From NCBI GenBank assembly GCA_028534125.1, contig CM052816.1, positions 23,500,001 to 23,564,000 on the forward strand: 64,000 nt of DNA, given 5' to 3'. Positions 63,667 through 64,000 of the stretch are shown here, in pieces. The position numbers and the translations under genes were made by a program. How positions within the stretch are numbered: the first letter of the stretch is position 1; every line of letters starts with the position of its first letter. Under the pieces are notes generated by a model. It worked only from the letters and a program-made list of their open reading frames with translations, had not been told where the DNA came from and did not search any database. This DNA comes from Lama glama. Taxonomy: Eukaryota.

Positions 63667-63846
63667 TTTGTTTCTCAGTACATCTGGTACCAGGAAGTAA
63701 CTTTTCAAGTGGTATAGAGTCTGAAGAAGAAGCTGGGTTTTATAAGCTTCTGAGCTCTGCTTAGTCTCTGCAGATCTGGGATAAAATAACGGGTAGGTCC
63801 TATAGTCAAGGAGAGCAATGCTTTCTAAGTAAATAACAGGAAACCT
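63667..63846 (-). pseudogene. Exon, module A start (RFPVIYLESIALLDYRTYPLFYP...LYHLKSYFLVPDVLRNK); open frame, phase 0-0
   Basis: Acceptor ttctatgtgtcccaag, donor AAA|gtgggt; 180 nt; lies within ORF 63646..63867. Confidence 0.75.
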
Positions 63847-64000
63847 CTTGGGACACATAGAAGCCATACGGAATAGAAATACCAGAAATCAACTTTACAG
63901 ATGAATTTTAGCTTATTGATAGAGTTGTACACCATTTTTTCCCTTTCTGCTGTTTTTAAGGTGGCTAGAATATACAGAATCCAAAAGAAATTCAAAACTA

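Larger units (their letters stand above)
330..63846 (-). pseudogene. Large multi-exon unprocessed pseudogene encoding a tandem multi-FERM-like protein (partial; probably continues past both window ends)
   Basis: About 36 minus-strand segments with AG acceptors and GT donors. Most junctions are phase-consistent (e.g. 53630>52366>52180; 50772>49177>46765>44751; 19497>18563>18041>17506>2293). Translations are protein-like but carry many stops and some frameshifts. FERM-like motifs recur (FFP, CGCSFF, LLLAV, LFLLE). Confidence 0.8.

Noticed and set aside
330..63846. Identity as a dynein heavy chain, GREB1-like, RGSL1 or CCDC162 gene
   Set aside because: Only short chance motif similarities (IYLESI, KRFP, GLPQ); spacing and overall sequence do not match those proteins as I recall them.
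1..64000. CRISPR arrays, operons or other prokaryotic systems
   Set aside because: The sequence is mammalian intronic/exonic DNA; no regularly spaced repeats or long intact ORFs.

Overview
Mammalian, AT-rich, repeat-dense genomic DNA, probably camelid (inferred from tRNA-Ala-derived SINEs and the type of young L1 3' ends). No intact protein-coding gene is visible, and the supplied ORFs are mostly spurious or fragments of exons. Reading the minus strand by hand reveals about 36 candidate exons from 63846 down to 330. Most are bounded by AG/GT, and most consecutive exons join in matching phase. Together they give roughly 7.4 kb of decayed coding sequence (about 2,400+ codons), open at both window edges and carrying many in-frame stops and several frameshifts. 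This looks like a large intron-containing (unprocessed, possibly unitary) pseudogene. The reconstructed protein appears to be built from at least six tandem FERM-like modules plus one large low-complexity exon; I cannot assign it to a named gene, and the FERM call is motif recognition by eye. The introns hold L1, L2, MIR, MaLR/ERV and hAT fragments, two tailless small-RNA retropseudogenes with target-site duplications (7SK and 5S), and an inverted, 3'-truncated L1.
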